Assembly: GCA_038210015.1 (NCBI GenBank)
Contig: JBBQXB010000010.1
Coordinates: 4,082-68,081, forward strand
From: Tepidisphaerales bacterium
GTDB taxonomy: Bacteria; Planctomycetota; Phycisphaerae; Tepidisphaerales; Tepidisphaeraceae
Direction: 5' to 3'
DNA: 64,000 nt
A model generated the notes under the pieces. That model had not been told where the DNA came from and did not search any database. It was given only the letters and a program-made list of their open reading frames with translations. This document shows positions 18,614 through 28,054 of this stretch, one piece after another. Made by a program: the position numbers and the translations under genes. The stretch's first letter is position 1, and each line of letters begins with the position of its first letter.

Positions 18614-19693
18614 ATGGCATCATCGACACAGACCCCACCCCCAACGCCTCCCCAACCCCCACACCCACCTAAAACCGCCGCGGCAGGTCCAAGTCGAGCG
18701 GATTTGGATGCGGTGGCGAACCTGAAAGCCGCGCATGCCGCGATCAAAGGCGAATTAGCGAAGGTGATCGTCGGGCAAAAAGACGTGATCGACGAATTGC
18801 TGATCGCGATCTTCACCCGCTCGCACGCACTTTTGATGGGCGTGCCGGGGTTGGCCAAGACGTTGTTAGTCAGTTCGTTGTCCGAATGCCTGCAAATGTC
18901 ATTCAAACGCATTCAGTTCACGCCCGATCTAATGCCTTCGGATATCACCGGCACGGAAGTGATCCAGTCCGACCCGGAAACGGGCAAGCGCGAATTCAAG
19001 TTCATCAAAGGCCCGATCTTCGCGAATATGGTGTTGGCGGACGAAATCAACCGAACGCCACCGAAAACGCAGGCCGCCATGCTTGAAGCCATGCAGGAGC
19101 GCAAAGTCACCGTCGGCGGCAACGATTGGAAGTTGCCCGATCCGTTCTTTGTGCTCGCGACGCAGAATCCCGTCGAGCAAGAAGGCACTTATCCGCTGCC
19201 CGAAGCGCAGATGGATCGGTTTATGTTCCTGATTTACGTCGATTACCCATCGTCGGCCGAGGAACGTCAGATCATGAAAATGGCGACCGGTGGCGGGATG
19301 GGCAAGCCCCAGCCAGTGCTCAGCGGGGATGAGATCATTCACCTGCAACAATTGGTTCGCAAAGTGCCAGTGTCGGATCATGTTTTCACGTATGCCGAGA
19401 AACTTGTGCGTGTGACACGTCCGAAACAACCTGAGGCGCTGGACTTTTGCAAGAAGTGGCTGACCTGGGGTGCTGGCCCGCGTGCGAGTTTGAACCTGAT
19501 TCTCGCCGCCAAAGCCCGGGCGATTCTGAACGGTAATTTCGCCGCCAGTTGCGACGATGTCGCCGCCGTCGCCCCGGCGATTTTCCGGCACCGCATCGCC
19601 CCAAACTTCGCAGCCCAGTCCGAAGGCGTCACCTCCGACGACATCACGCGAAAAATCCTGGAGGCGATCCCGAAAGACAAGAAGCTCGACTAA
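18614..19693 (+). CDS. MoxR-family AAA+ ATPase
   Basis: Walker A GVPGLAKT, Walker B and sensor region LADEINRTPPKTQAAMLEAMQERKVTV, and ATQNPVEQEGTYPLPEAQMDRF. Confidence 0.9.
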   Translation: MASSTQTPPPTPPQPPHPPKTAAAGPSRADLDAVANLKAAHAAIKGELAKVIVGQKDVIDELLIAIFTRSHALLMGVPGLAKTLLVSSLSECLQMSFKRIQFTPDLMPSDITGTEVIQSDPETGKREFKFIKGPIFANMVLADEINRTPPKTQAAMLEAMQERKVTVGGNDWKLPDPFFVLATQNPVEQEGTYPLPEAQMDRFMFLIYVDYPSSAEERQIMKMATGGGMGKPQPVLSGDEIIHLQQLVRKVPVSDHVFTYAEKLVRVTRPKQPEALDFCKKWLTWGAGPRASLNLILAAKARAILNGNFAASCDDVAAVAPAIFRHRIAPNFAAQSEGVTSDDITRKILEAIPKDKKLD

Positions 19694-19701
19694 CGTCGAG
19701 A

Positions 19702-19821
19702 GTGACGAAACCAGAATGGCGAATGATGAATGAATGCAGCAATGCACAAATTTAATGAGCCATTCGGATTTTTCTTTATTCGGACATTGATTCGTCATTC
19801 CTCATTCGGATTTCGTCATTG
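19702..19821. repeat. ATTCGTC-heptad palindrome, second copy
   Basis: The right arm CGGACATTGATTCGTCATTCCTCATTCGGATTTCGTCATT is about 90 percent identical to the right arm at 17011-17050. The left arm is GTGACGAAACCAGAATGGCGAATGATGAATGAATGC. It fills the MoxR-DUF58 gap. Confidence 0.65.
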
Positions 19822-19825
19822 ACCC

Positions 19826-20728
19826 ATGCCTGAACTATCAAACCAACTTCTCGATCCCCAAGCCGTCGCCGAGGCCGAATCATTGGGGATGCACGCGCGG
19901 TATGTGGTGGAAGGCTATCTGGCGGGCAACCATAAATCGCCGTTTCGCGGATTTTCGGTTGAGTTCAGCCAGCACCGTGAATACGTCCCCGGTGACGATC
20001 TGCGCCACCTCGACTGGAAAGTGCTCGGCCGATCCGACCGGTATTACATCAAACAATACGAGCAGGAAACCAATTTCATCTGTCACCTGCTGGTCGATGG
20101 GTCTGAATCAATGAAGTACGGATCGGGCAAAATCACCAAGCTCGATTACGCCAAGCAGATGGCGGCGGTATTGGCGTATGTGATCCTCGGCGAACGCGAT
20201 GCGGTGTCGCTTACTTTATTTGATAATCAGGTCAAGCATTTCGTCCCTCGTACCGGCAATCTCGCCAGCATCCACAATATTATGAAGACGCTGGCTGATT
20301 TTCAGCCGACGCAAACCACGTCGATCGCGCCGGTGCTGCACCAGATCGCCCGCACGAATCCCCGCCGTGGGATTGTCGCACTGATCAGCGATTGCTTTGA
20401 CGACGAACAGGCGATTCTCGACGGCATCCAGCACCTACGTTTTGGCGGCCATGAGGTGATCCTGTTTCATGTGTTCGATCACCACGAGCTGGAGTTCCCG
20501 TTCAAGGGCAATGTCGAGTTCATCGGATTTGAAGAAACCGGTAAACAGACGACGCGCCCGAATGAGATTCGCAAAAGCTATCTCGAATCGCTGAACGCAT
20601 TCATCGATACGATTAAGTTCGGGTGTGAAAGAAACAAGGTACATTATGTGCAGGTCACAACGAATCACCCGTTGCACGAGACATTGACGGGATATTTGGC
20701 GTTTAGGCAGAGAACGACGACGAAATGA
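19826..20728 (+). CDS. DUF58 domain protein (MoxR partner)
   Basis: Carries HKSPFRGFSVEFSQHREYVPGDDLRHLDWK, the DUF58 hallmark, followed by a vWA-like fold. Confidence 0.85.
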   Translation: MPELSNQLLDPQAVAEAESLGMHARYVVEGYLAGNHKSPFRGFSVEFSQHREYVPGDDLRHLDWKVLGRSDRYYIKQYEQETNFICHLLVDGSESMKYGSGKITKLDYAKQMAAVLAYVILGERDAVSLTLFDNQVKHFVPRTGNLASIHNIMKTLADFQPTQTTSIAPVLHQIARTNPRRGIVALISDCFDDEQAILDGIQHLRFGGHEVILFHVFDHHELEFPFKGNVEFIGFEETGKQTTRPNEIRKSYLESLNAFIDTIKFGCERNKVHYVQVTTNHPLHETLTGYLAFRQRTTTK

Positions 20729-20733
20729 CGCTG

Positions 20734-20880
20734 CTCGAATGACGAAACCAAAATGACGAATGACGAATTAATTTCCGAATGGATCAATGATCCAATGCGT
20801 TTGCGCATGTGTGTCTTGCTCATTGGGCATTCGGCGGATTCGTGCTTCATTCGTCATTCGTCATTCGGATTTCGGATTTC
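20734..20880. repeat. ATTCGTC-heptad palindrome, third copy
   Basis: The left arm is CTCGAATGACGAAACCAAAATGACGAATGACGAATTAATTTCCGAATGG. The right arm is CATTCGGCGGATTCGTGCTTCATTCGTCATTCGTCATTCGGATTTCGGATTTC. It fills the DUF58-BatA gap. Confidence 0.65.
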
Positions 20881-20898
20881 CCAGAAGGCTTCTGCGGC

Positions 20899-23088
20899 AT
20901 GAGTTTTCTCAACCCTTTCTTACTTTTCGGCCTCGCCGGCATTTCTGTGCCGATCATCATCCATTTGTTGAATCGGCGGCAGATTCAGCGCGTGCCGTGG
21001 GCGGCGATGCGGTTTTTGCAGGTCTCGATCGAAAACAACCAGCGTCGCATGCAGATCGAAGATATTCTGCTGCTGATTCTCCGGGTGCTACTGATAGCTT
21101 TGATTGCACTGGCATTGGCGCGGCCAGCCCTTAACGCGGCGGCGGGATTATTCGGACAACCGGCGTCGGCGACGCTTTTGTTGATCGATCATTCTTATTC
21201 AATGACGCAAACCACCGGCGTGGCGTCGCGGTTTGAAGTCGCCAAACGCGCTGCCGGGCAGATCATCGAATCGTTGCCATCCGGGTCGAGCGTGGCGGTG
21301 TGGATGGCGGGGGACGCTGCACAGCCGATCATCGCTGAACCATCCCGCGATCTGGCACTGGCGAGGAAAACCATCGCTGATCTCAAACCATCTGACCGTG
21401 CGACCGATCTGCTGCCAGCGATCCGCCAGGGCATCGAGATGCTGAACCGCACGCAGTCGGCATCCCGCGATCTCTACGTCATCACCGACGGCCAGCAATC
21501 AGGCTTCCGGCAGCTCGCTGCGATCAAGCAACTGCTTGATTCATCCAAAGATAAAATCCGTGCGACCATCGTTCTCATCGACCAACCCGAAAACGCGAAT
21601 CTCGCGATCAGTTCGCTGGTGCAATCCAGCGGCGTCGCAGCGATCGACAGGCCGCTGCGATTCAGTGCGGTCGTCACCAATTACGGCGACCAACCCGCAC
21701 GCGATATCCGTGTCTCACTTCGTCTGGCATCAAGCGAGGCGACAGACCGCGCCACCGGCAATCAGTCGCCGGTCGATGATGCGACTATCGACGTGATCGA
21801 GCCAGGGCAATCCAAAGCGGTGTCGTTGTTCGGACGCTTAAAAACTGACGGATTTTACGCGGTTACCGCGTCCATCAGTCCCGATCGTGTGCCAGCGGAT
21901 GATTCGCGAACGATCGTCGTGCGCGGCACGAAGCGGGTGCGTGTTTTGCTTGTCGATGGCGATCTTGGTCGTGAAGCCCGCGACGCAGAGACCTTCTTCC
22001 TCCGCGCATTATTCGCCGCCAGCGGTACGCAAGGGCAGCCGCCTTTGATCGAAGCCAAAGTCTCCGACGCTGGTTCGATGGCGCGTGAGAATCTTGACGA
22101 CTTTGACGCGATCGTGCTGGCGAATGTGTCGGATATGTCCACCACAACGGTGGATGCAATCGCCACTTACGTTACTCGCGGCGGCGGGCTGTTGATCTTC
22201 CCCGGCGACCGCATGCAACGCTCGTTTTATAACGAAGAATTCGGCGCAAAACGCAACCTGCTCCCCGCAACCTTTGGTGAACCAAAAGGCGACGAAAAGG
22301 CCCAGACCCGCCTCAGCACCTTCAGCGATTCACAACTCGATCATCCGATCGCCACGCTTTGGAAAGACCCGGCCAGCGGAAGATTGGGATCGGTCAGCCT
22401 CTATAAATATCTGCCGCTCACGCCGGTCACACCAACCGACAAAAAGCAGACCTCGCCGAAGGTTGTGCTGAAATTGCTGGATGGCACGGCGGCGATTGTC
22501 GAACGAACGGTCGGCGAAGGAAGGGTGATCGTGTTCAACACTACCGCCGATTCCGCCTGGAGCGATCTACCCGCCAAACCCGGCGTATATGTGCCGCTTC
22601 TTTACCGCTCGATCGGCGCGATCGTCGAAAAACGCGACGAAGCCCTGAATCTGACCGTCGGCCAGCGATTTATCTATCCGACGGTCATCGAAGCACTCGG
22701 TAAAGAAGCCGAAATCACCTATCTGAATGAAGAAGGCGCGCTGCCAGATTCACGTCGCATTGAGTTGGTCAACGGCATCGCAACTGTTGTGGCTGACCCG
22801 ACCGAACGAGCGGGAACCTATGAGGCCAAGATCGGCGATCAACCCCCTGTTCTGTTCGCAGCCCAGACGGACGCGAGTGAAAGTAATCTCGAACTCATCA
22901 CAAAAGACAGTCAGGATCAACTCGCAAAAAGCGCAAACGTGATGTCTTGCCGCGTTGATACCGATTTGGCAGCGAATCTGAAACAGGAACAAACCGGTAC
23001 CGAACTGGTGTTCCCGCTTGCGGTGCTTCTATTAATGCTCGCAGCGACCGAATCAGGACTGGCGATGTGGTTCAGCCGGAGTAAGTAA
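20899..23088 (+). CDS. BatA-N-terminal domain / vWA membrane protein
   Basis: MSFLNPFLLFGLAGISVPIIIHLLNRR (aerotolerance-regulator N-terminal motif), a MIDAS-like LLLIDHSYSM, and a C-terminal TM helix. The start was moved to the ATG at 20899. Confidence 0.8.
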   Translation: MSFLNPFLLFGLAGISVPIIIHLLNRRQIQRVPWAAMRFLQVSIENNQRRMQIEDILLLILRVLLIALIALALARPALNAAAGLFGQPASATLLLIDHSYSMTQTTGVASRFEVAKRAAGQIIESLPSGSSVAVWMAGDAAQPIIAEPSRDLALARKTIADLKPSDRATDLLPAIRQGIEMLNRTQSASRDLYVITDGQQSGFRQLAAIKQLLDSSKDKIRATIVLIDQPENANLAISSLVQSSGVAAIDRPLRFSAVVTNYGDQPARDIRVSLRLASSEATDRATGNQSPVDDATIDVIEPGQSKAVSLFGRLKTDGFYAVTASISPDRVPADDSRTIVVRGTKRVRVLLVDGDLGREARDAETFFLRALFAASGTQGQPPLIEAKVSDAGSMARENLDDFDAIVLANVSDMSTTTVDAIATYVTRGGGLLIFPGDRMQRSFYNEEFGAKRNLLPATFGEPKGDEKAQTRLSTFSDSQLDHPIATLWKDPASGRLGSVSLYKYLPLTPVTPTDKKQTSPKVVLKLLDGTAAIVERTVGEGRVIVFNTTADSAWSDLPAKPGVYVPLLYRSIGAIVEKRDEALNLTVGQRFIYPTVIEALGKEAEITYLNEEGALPDSRRIELVNGIATVVADPTERAGTYEAKIGDQPPVLFAAQTDASESNLELITKDSQDQLAKSANVMSCRVDTDLAANLKQEQTGTELVFPLAVLLLMLAATESGLAMWFSRSK

Positions 23089-23123
23089 ACTGTAGTAACA
23101 TGATACGCATCGCATTTTTTAAT

Positions 23124-23152
23124 CTCGCAACTCGCAACTGGCATCTCGCAAT
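23124..23152. repeat. CTCGCAA heptad tandem repeat
   Basis: The sequence is CTCGCAA CTCGCAA CTGGCAT CTCGCAA T, immediately upstream of the 23159 gene. Its reverse complement recurs at 25571-25594. Confidence 0.6.
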
Positions 23153-23158
23153 CCAAAC

Positions 23159-25561
23159 ATGACCGAAGCCCTGCTCAAACTCTTCAACATCTCCTCCACC
23201 GGCGGCGCGCGGGTGACGGGAAGCGAGCTGGTTCTTACCAGCGGCGTGGGCGATATCTGGTTGCTGCTGCTGGCGGTCGCGCTTGCTGGGGCTGCGATTA
23301 TGCTCTACCGGCGTGAGGACGGCGTAACCCGCTGGAAGCGCTGGACGATGGCAGGGCTGCGGATAGCGTTGTTTGTGCTGCTCTTGCTGTTGATCGCCAG
23401 GCCCGTAATTCGGTTCACACTCGAAGGCGATATTCGCAAAGCGATTCTGGTCATCATTGATGCCTCCGCCAGCATGTCGATCCCCGATCCGCGCACCGAA
23501 ACCCCCGATCAACAACGCGTACAAATCGCAAAAGGCGCGATAGACCCTACCGCTGGCCTAGATCAGAAAACGCCCGCGACGCAACCCGCTGGCGATCCGT
23601 CGCGCATCGATCTGGTGCGAATGGGGTTGTCCAATCCCAAGCTTGATCTGTTGAATCGTCTGAAAAAAGATTACGACATCCGTGCCGTAAGCTTTGGCGA
23701 GCAACTTTACGATATCCCGATCGAAGCCGACCAGTCGCTTGTGAAAGCGATGGAACAGATCAAAGCCGAACGCGGGACGACCGCGATGGGCGATGCCGTA
23801 CGCACCGCGATCTCTAAATCGCGTGGCCAACCGCTGGCGGGGTTGTTTGTCATTACCGACGGCGCGAGCAACGCGGGATCGAACCCAATTGCCGCCGCGG
23901 AGCTAGCCGCGAGGGAAGGCGTGCCGGTCTACGCGTGGGGCGTCGGTATCACGCATCCCAAAGACATCGCGGTTGCGTCGATCTTCTCCCGCGATGTGGC
24001 GTTTATTGATGACGAAATCCCCGTCGTCGCCCGCGTCCGCACCAGCGGTTTAAGTGGGCAAAGTATCAAGGTTATCGCAAAACTGAACGACAAAATCGTC
24101 GGGGACAAAACGATCAAAATCACCGGCGATGGCGAGGAACTCGTCACCATTCCCGTCACGCCGGATAAGGCAGGCAATTTCAACCTCAGCATCTCAGTCG
24201 ATCCGCTGGCGGCTGAGGCGGTAAAGGATAACAACAGCCAATCGCAGCAAGTCCGCGTGATTGATGGCAAGATCAAGGTATTGTACGTCGAACAACAACC
24301 GCGATGGGATTTTAAGTATCTGCAAGCGATGCTTTTGCGCGATCGGCGCATCGATCCAAAGTTTGTGTTGATCGAGGCGGACAAATCATTGTCGCAGGTT
24401 AAGGATTCGCCTTATCTGGAAAAGCTGCCGGAAGAAAAGAAGGATTTGATCGAAAAATTCGATCTGGTGATCTTGGGTGACATTGATCCGACCCTACTTT
24501 CCAAGCAGCAGATGGAGACGCTGGAAGAATTTGTAAGCAAGTTCGGCGGTGCGGTTGCGATGCTGGCGGGCAAGCGGTATTCGCCTCAAAAGTTCGCCAA
24601 CACGCCGCTGGAAAAAATGTTGCCGGTCGAATGGGAAGCGGCCACGCCCGGCACGCACGGGAACGACAAGCTCGATAAGCCGATCACATTCGAATTAACC
24701 CCCGCCGGTAAAAACAGCGACATGCTGAAACTGGCTGATGAGGAGCAGGACAGCGTACGCGAGTGGGCCAAATTGCCGTCGATCTACTGGACCGCCCGCG
24801 TCACCCGCGCCAAGCCCGCCGCGGAGGTGTTGCTGGTTGATTCGGATCCATCGAAAGCGACCCGATTCGGCAAGATGCCGATCATCGCAACGCAGCAATA
24901 TGGCGTCGGGACGACCCTCTACATCGGAACAGATAACCTCTGGCGCTGGCGCAAAAATGCCGGCGACACCCATTACACGCGATTGTGGGGGCAGATCATC
25001 CAAAAGCTTGCACTTCCGCACCTGCTGGGCGAATCCAAACGCACGCAATTGGCAGCGGATAAGAAAAGCTACTTCGTTGGCGATCGCGTAACCGTCTACG
25101 CGCGTCTGTACACCGACCGGTTTGACCCAATCACCGATGCTCGCGTACGCGGCACGCTCAAACGCGAAGACGGGCAATCCACCTCCATTGACTTGCGTCA
25201 AATGCCCGGCCAACCCGGCATGTATCGCGCAGAAATCACCGCGCCCGGTGCGGGAAACTATAAAATGAGCATCGACACCGATCCCGGCGTGAGCCTCGAT
25301 CTGCCAGTCACCGAACCCAAGCTGGAATTTGCCGATACCGCAATGAACGAAACACTTTTGCGGTCGATCGCCAACACCAGCCGCGGTGCATTTTTCCGAG
25401 AAGAGGATTTGTATAAATTGCCCGATTCGATCAATAGCCAAGCCGACAAGATTCGATCAAACGTCGATGTCGAAATCTGGTCCAGCCCGATCTTTTTCCT
25501 CTTGATGCTAGTCATCGCAGGTGCAGAATGGGTATTGAGAAAAACAGCGTATTTGAAATGA
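23159..25561 (+). CDS. membrane-anchored vWA domain protein (Bat-operon member)
   Basis: N-terminal TM helices, MIDAS ILVIIDASASMS, a middle VLYVEQQPRWDFKYL block (GATase1-like fold seen in Bat-type proteins), and a C-terminal TM helix. Confidence 0.7.
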   Translation: MTEALLKLFNISSTGGARVTGSELVLTSGVGDIWLLLLAVALAGAAIMLYRREDGVTRWKRWTMAGLRIALFVLLLLLIARPVIRFTLEGDIRKAILVIIDASASMSIPDPRTETPDQQRVQIAKGAIDPTAGLDQKTPATQPAGDPSRIDLVRMGLSNPKLDLLNRLKKDYDIRAVSFGEQLYDIPIEADQSLVKAMEQIKAERGTTAMGDAVRTAISKSRGQPLAGLFVITDGASNAGSNPIAAAELAAREGVPVYAWGVGITHPKDIAVASIFSRDVAFIDDEIPVVARVRTSGLSGQSIKVIAKLNDKIVGDKTIKITGDGEELVTIPVTPDKAGNFNLSISVDPLAAEAVKDNNSQSQQVRVIDGKIKVLYVEQQPRWDFKYLQAMLLRDRRIDPKFVLIEADKSLSQVKDSPYLEKLPEEKKDLIEKFDLVILGDIDPTLLSKQQMETLEEFVSKFGGAVAMLAGKRYSPQKFANTPLEKMLPVEWEAATPGTHGNDKLDKPITFELTPAGKNSDMLKLADEEQDSVREWAKLPSIYWTARVTRAKPAAEVLLVDSDPSKATRFGKMPIIATQQYGVGTTLYIGTDNLWRWRKNAGDTHYTRLWGQIIQKLALPHLLGESKRTQLAADKKSYFVGDRVTVYARLYTDRFDPITDARVRGTLKREDGQSTSIDLRQMPGQPGMYRAEITAPGAGNYKMSIDTDPGVSLDLPVTEPKLEFADTAMNETLLRSIANTSRGAFFREEDLYKLPDSINSQADKIRSNVDVEIWSSPIFFLLMLVIAGAEWVLRKTAYLK

Positions 25562-25570
25562 GTTGTGTGG

Positions 25571-25594
25571 AGATGCGAGATGCGAGTTGCGAGA
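25571..25594. repeat. TTGCGAG heptad repeat, inverted partner of 23124-23152
   Basis: The sequence is GAGATGC GAGATGC GAGTTGC GAG, the reverse complement of the CTCGCAA-type units. It starts 10 nt after the stop at 25561. Confidence 0.6.
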
Positions 25595-25606
25595 AAAACA
25601 TCAATG

Positions 25607-25680
25607 CCGCGAGCGTAAGCGCTCGCCAGACTGTCGTAGAGTTTACACTAGTCAGCCCGCGCAAGCTTACGCCCGCGGCC
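25607..25680. repeat. long-range hairpin in the intercistronic gap
   Basis: GCCGCGAGCGTAAGC (25607-25621) pairs with GCTTACGCCCGCGGC (25666-25680). An inner mini-hairpin is GCGAGCG-TAA-GCGCTCGC. Confidence 0.5.
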
Positions 25681-25704
25681 TGCTCAAGAATTCGCTTGCA
25701 CGCG

Positions 25705-25733
25705 TGACGAATGACGAATGACAAATGACGATC
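25705..25733. repeat. GACGAAT heptad tandem repeat (half element)
   Basis: The sequence is GT GACGAAT GACGAAT GACAAAT GACGAT. Confidence 0.55.
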
Positions 25734-25786
25734 CAATAACCCAGCAGCTAAATAACAAAACACCAAACACAAAACACTAACATCAA

Positions 25787-27961
25787 ATGTCCCAACTGAT
25801 TCAATCTAAAATCGATGTCGTTCGCCGCAAGCATGCGGTGGTGCGCGCGGGGTTCGGGGTGGGGACGATTGGAATTGTCGCGGTGTCGGTGGTCGGCGCG
25901 ACGATGTTGCTCGATTGGTGGCTGGACTTACCGTACTTGCTCAGGTGCGCGATGCTCGCGATCCACATCACGGCATTGCTGTACATTTTGATGCGTTATG
26001 TGATCTGGCCGATGGTGAAAGGGCCTGACGACGAAACAGTCGCGCTGTGGATCGAATCGTTCTACGAAGACGCCTCCAGCCGGTTGATCTCCGCCGTGCA
26101 GTTTTCACGTCCAAAGCTGGCGTTGGAAGGCACCTCCCCCCAGATGGTCGGCGCTGCCGTGCGGGATGCCGAGGCGTATATCGACCCGAAGGACACCGGC
26201 GAAGTGGTCGCGGTCGATGAGATGATGAAGCGCATCGGTATCGCGCTTTTGATGTTGGTGACCTTTGCGGGCTTATTCTTCTACGGCAAACAGACCAGCC
26301 GCGATTTGTTCCTCCGCGCCATCGCAGTGCCGGGGATTGAAGTGCCGCGCAAAACGCAGGTCGAACTGCTCACGCCTGTCAAACTGATTGTCGCCAAAGG
26401 CGATACCATCAAAATCGAAGCCGCTGCCCGAGGGGTGGTTCCTGAGGACGGGACGATCCGCGCGAAGTATCAGTCCGGCGCAACGGCTGAGTTTTACATG
26501 AAGAAAGATCGTGATGAGCCGGAGAAGTTCTCGATCGAAATTGAAAATGTTCAGGACAGTTTCAGTTACCGCGTTCACTTGAATGATGGCCGATCAGTGC
26601 CGGCGCAGATTGAGGCGCATCCGCGTCCGGATGTCACGGATATCGAGGTGCTGCAACATCTGCCCGCCTACACCAAAAAGCAGCCAGTCAAGCGCAGTAA
26701 AAGTGATTTGCAACTACTGGCAGGCAGCCGGTTGCAGTTGCGCGTGGTCGCGAGCAAGCCGGTGCGTGATACGTTTTCGTCATCGGGTGCACGCAATCGC
26801 GTGAAGTTTGAAGGCACGAAGATCGAATATTATCTCAAGCGCGACCCAACCGACCCACGTGTGTTAACCACCAGCGAAGCCAACACCGCCAGCGTGCCGC
26901 TGCCGAAGGAAACCACCGGCATGTCGATTCATCTGGTCGATGAACTTGGATTGGAAAGCAAAGACCCTGCGATTTATCGGATCGAAGTCGTGCCAGACAC
27001 CGCCCCGGTTGTGAATCTGACATTCCCGCTGATGCGTGAAGAACTGGTCACCGAGCGTGCGACGACGACGATCGGTTTTGATATCACCGACGACATCGCC
27101 GTTGCCAAAGCGGTGATCCGATGGATGCCGATCGGTCCTGCGACCAATCTACAAGGCGACGGGTTAAAGGGAACTTATTTCAACACGCCTGAACCCGAAG
27201 ACGAAGCGGTGTTTGAGCGGATTGATCAAAAGATTGATTTTGATTTCGGCGAACGCTCGCCGGACGGCCGAATTAAAAATCCGGACAACTACAGCGTCCG
27301 CTGGACCGGCAAACTGCTGCCGCCGGTGACGGGCAACTATGTTTTCCAGTTTTCATCCGACGACGGGGCGAGGATGTGGATCGGGGACCAGTTGGTGGTC
27401 GATAAATGGGGACCCCGCTCGGAGGAATATAAATCCGACCCTGTAGCATTAGAAGCCGGTAAGATGGTCGACATCAAGGTCGAGTATCAGGAACTAACTG
27501 GTGGCGCACGATGCCAATTGTCGTGGGTCGGGCCCGATAAGCGTCGCGCCATTATTCCCAAAGAGGTGTTGTTCAGCGGCGATGACGCCGTCCGCGCCGC
27601 ACGCATGAAAAACACCAACGCCATCGAACTTGACCTCGGCGGACAACAAAAATCAGTCCGTGGGCAATATAAATGGGATCTCGCCACCCTCAAGCTGCAA
27701 CCAGGCGATGCAATCGAATGGTGGGTCGAAGCCCAAGACGGCAATGACCAGACCGGCCCGGGTGTGACAGAATCCGAACACCGCGCGATCAAAATCGGGT
27801 CCGATGCACAGGTGCGCGAATACCTGCTGAATCGACTAGGGAATCCGTTGGAGTCGATCCAGGAAATCAAGGACGGCCAAGTCGATCTGACCGGCACGCT
27901 CGGACAAATTATTCTCGAAAAACCACGAACCAACCCCGATGAGCCACGTCAAAGACCATAA
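25787..27961 (+). CDS. two-TM membrane protein with a C-terminal PA14 domain
   Basis: N-terminal TM hairpin. The PA14 signature is GLKGTYFN...IDFDFG...YSVRWTGKLLPPVTGNYVFQFSSDDGARMWIGDQLVVDKWG. Confidence 0.75.
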   Translation: MSQLIQSKIDVVRRKHAVVRAGFGVGTIGIVAVSVVGATMLLDWWLDLPYLLRCAMLAIHITALLYILMRYVIWPMVKGPDDETVALWIESFYEDASSRLISAVQFSRPKLALEGTSPQMVGAAVRDAEAYIDPKDTGEVVAVDEMMKRIGIALLMLVTFAGLFFYGKQTSRDLFLRAIAVPGIEVPRKTQVELLTPVKLIVAKGDTIKIEAAARGVVPEDGTIRAKYQSGATAEFYMKKDRDEPEKFSIEIENVQDSFSYRVHLNDGRSVPAQIEAHPRPDVTDIEVLQHLPAYTKKQPVKRSKSDLQLLAGSRLQLRVVASKPVRDTFSSSGARNRVKFEGTKIEYYLKRDPTDPRVLTTSEANTASVPLPKETTGMSIHLVDELGLESKDPAIYRIEVVPDTAPVVNLTFPLMREELVTERATTTIGFDITDDIAVAKAVIRWMPIGPATNLQGDGLKGTYFNTPEPEDEAVFERIDQKIDFDFGERSPDGRIKNPDNYSVRWTGKLLPPVTGNYVFQFSSDDGARMWIGDQLVVDKWGPRSEEYKSDPVALEAGKMVDIKVEYQELTGGARCQLSWVGPDKRRAIIPKEVLFSGDDAVRAARMKNTNAIELDLGGQQKSVRGQYKWDLATLKLQPGDAIEWWVEAQDGNDQTGPGVTESEHRAIKIGSDAQVREYLLNRLGNPLESIQEIKDGQVDLTGTLGQIILEKPRTNPDEPRQRP

Positions 27962-28054
27962 GGTCTGTGAAATCCGACGCCCAGACCTGATTTTCCTTGA
28001 AAATCATCATATTTCGTCGGTAACAGATCGACAGTTTGTAGGTAGGATAAGAAT

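Noticed and set aside
18929-19798. 289-aa minus-strand ORF overlapping MoxR
   Set aside because: It is antisense to a gene with unambiguous AAA+ motifs. Its composition is Arg/Gly/His-rich, which is typical of a shadow ORF.
16931-20880. Possibility that the ATTCGTC palindromes are MITEs or IS remnants
   Set aside because: I see no target-site duplications, no defined terminal inverted repeats distinct from the internal heptads, and no transposase in the window. This is not excluded, so it is kept as an open question in the findings rather than called a mobile element.
24695-25441. 248-aa minus-strand ORF inside the 23159-25561 gene, and the similar 55162-55803 plus-strand ORF inside the C11 gene
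   Set aside because: Both are antisense shadow ORFs in high-GC coding sequence, without motifs or ribosome-binding context.
16931-25733. Possibility that the heptad repeat arrays are CRISPR arrays
   Set aside because: The units are 7-10 nt, degenerate and directly abutting, with no unique spacers. The arrays are palindromic, and no cas genes are in the window.
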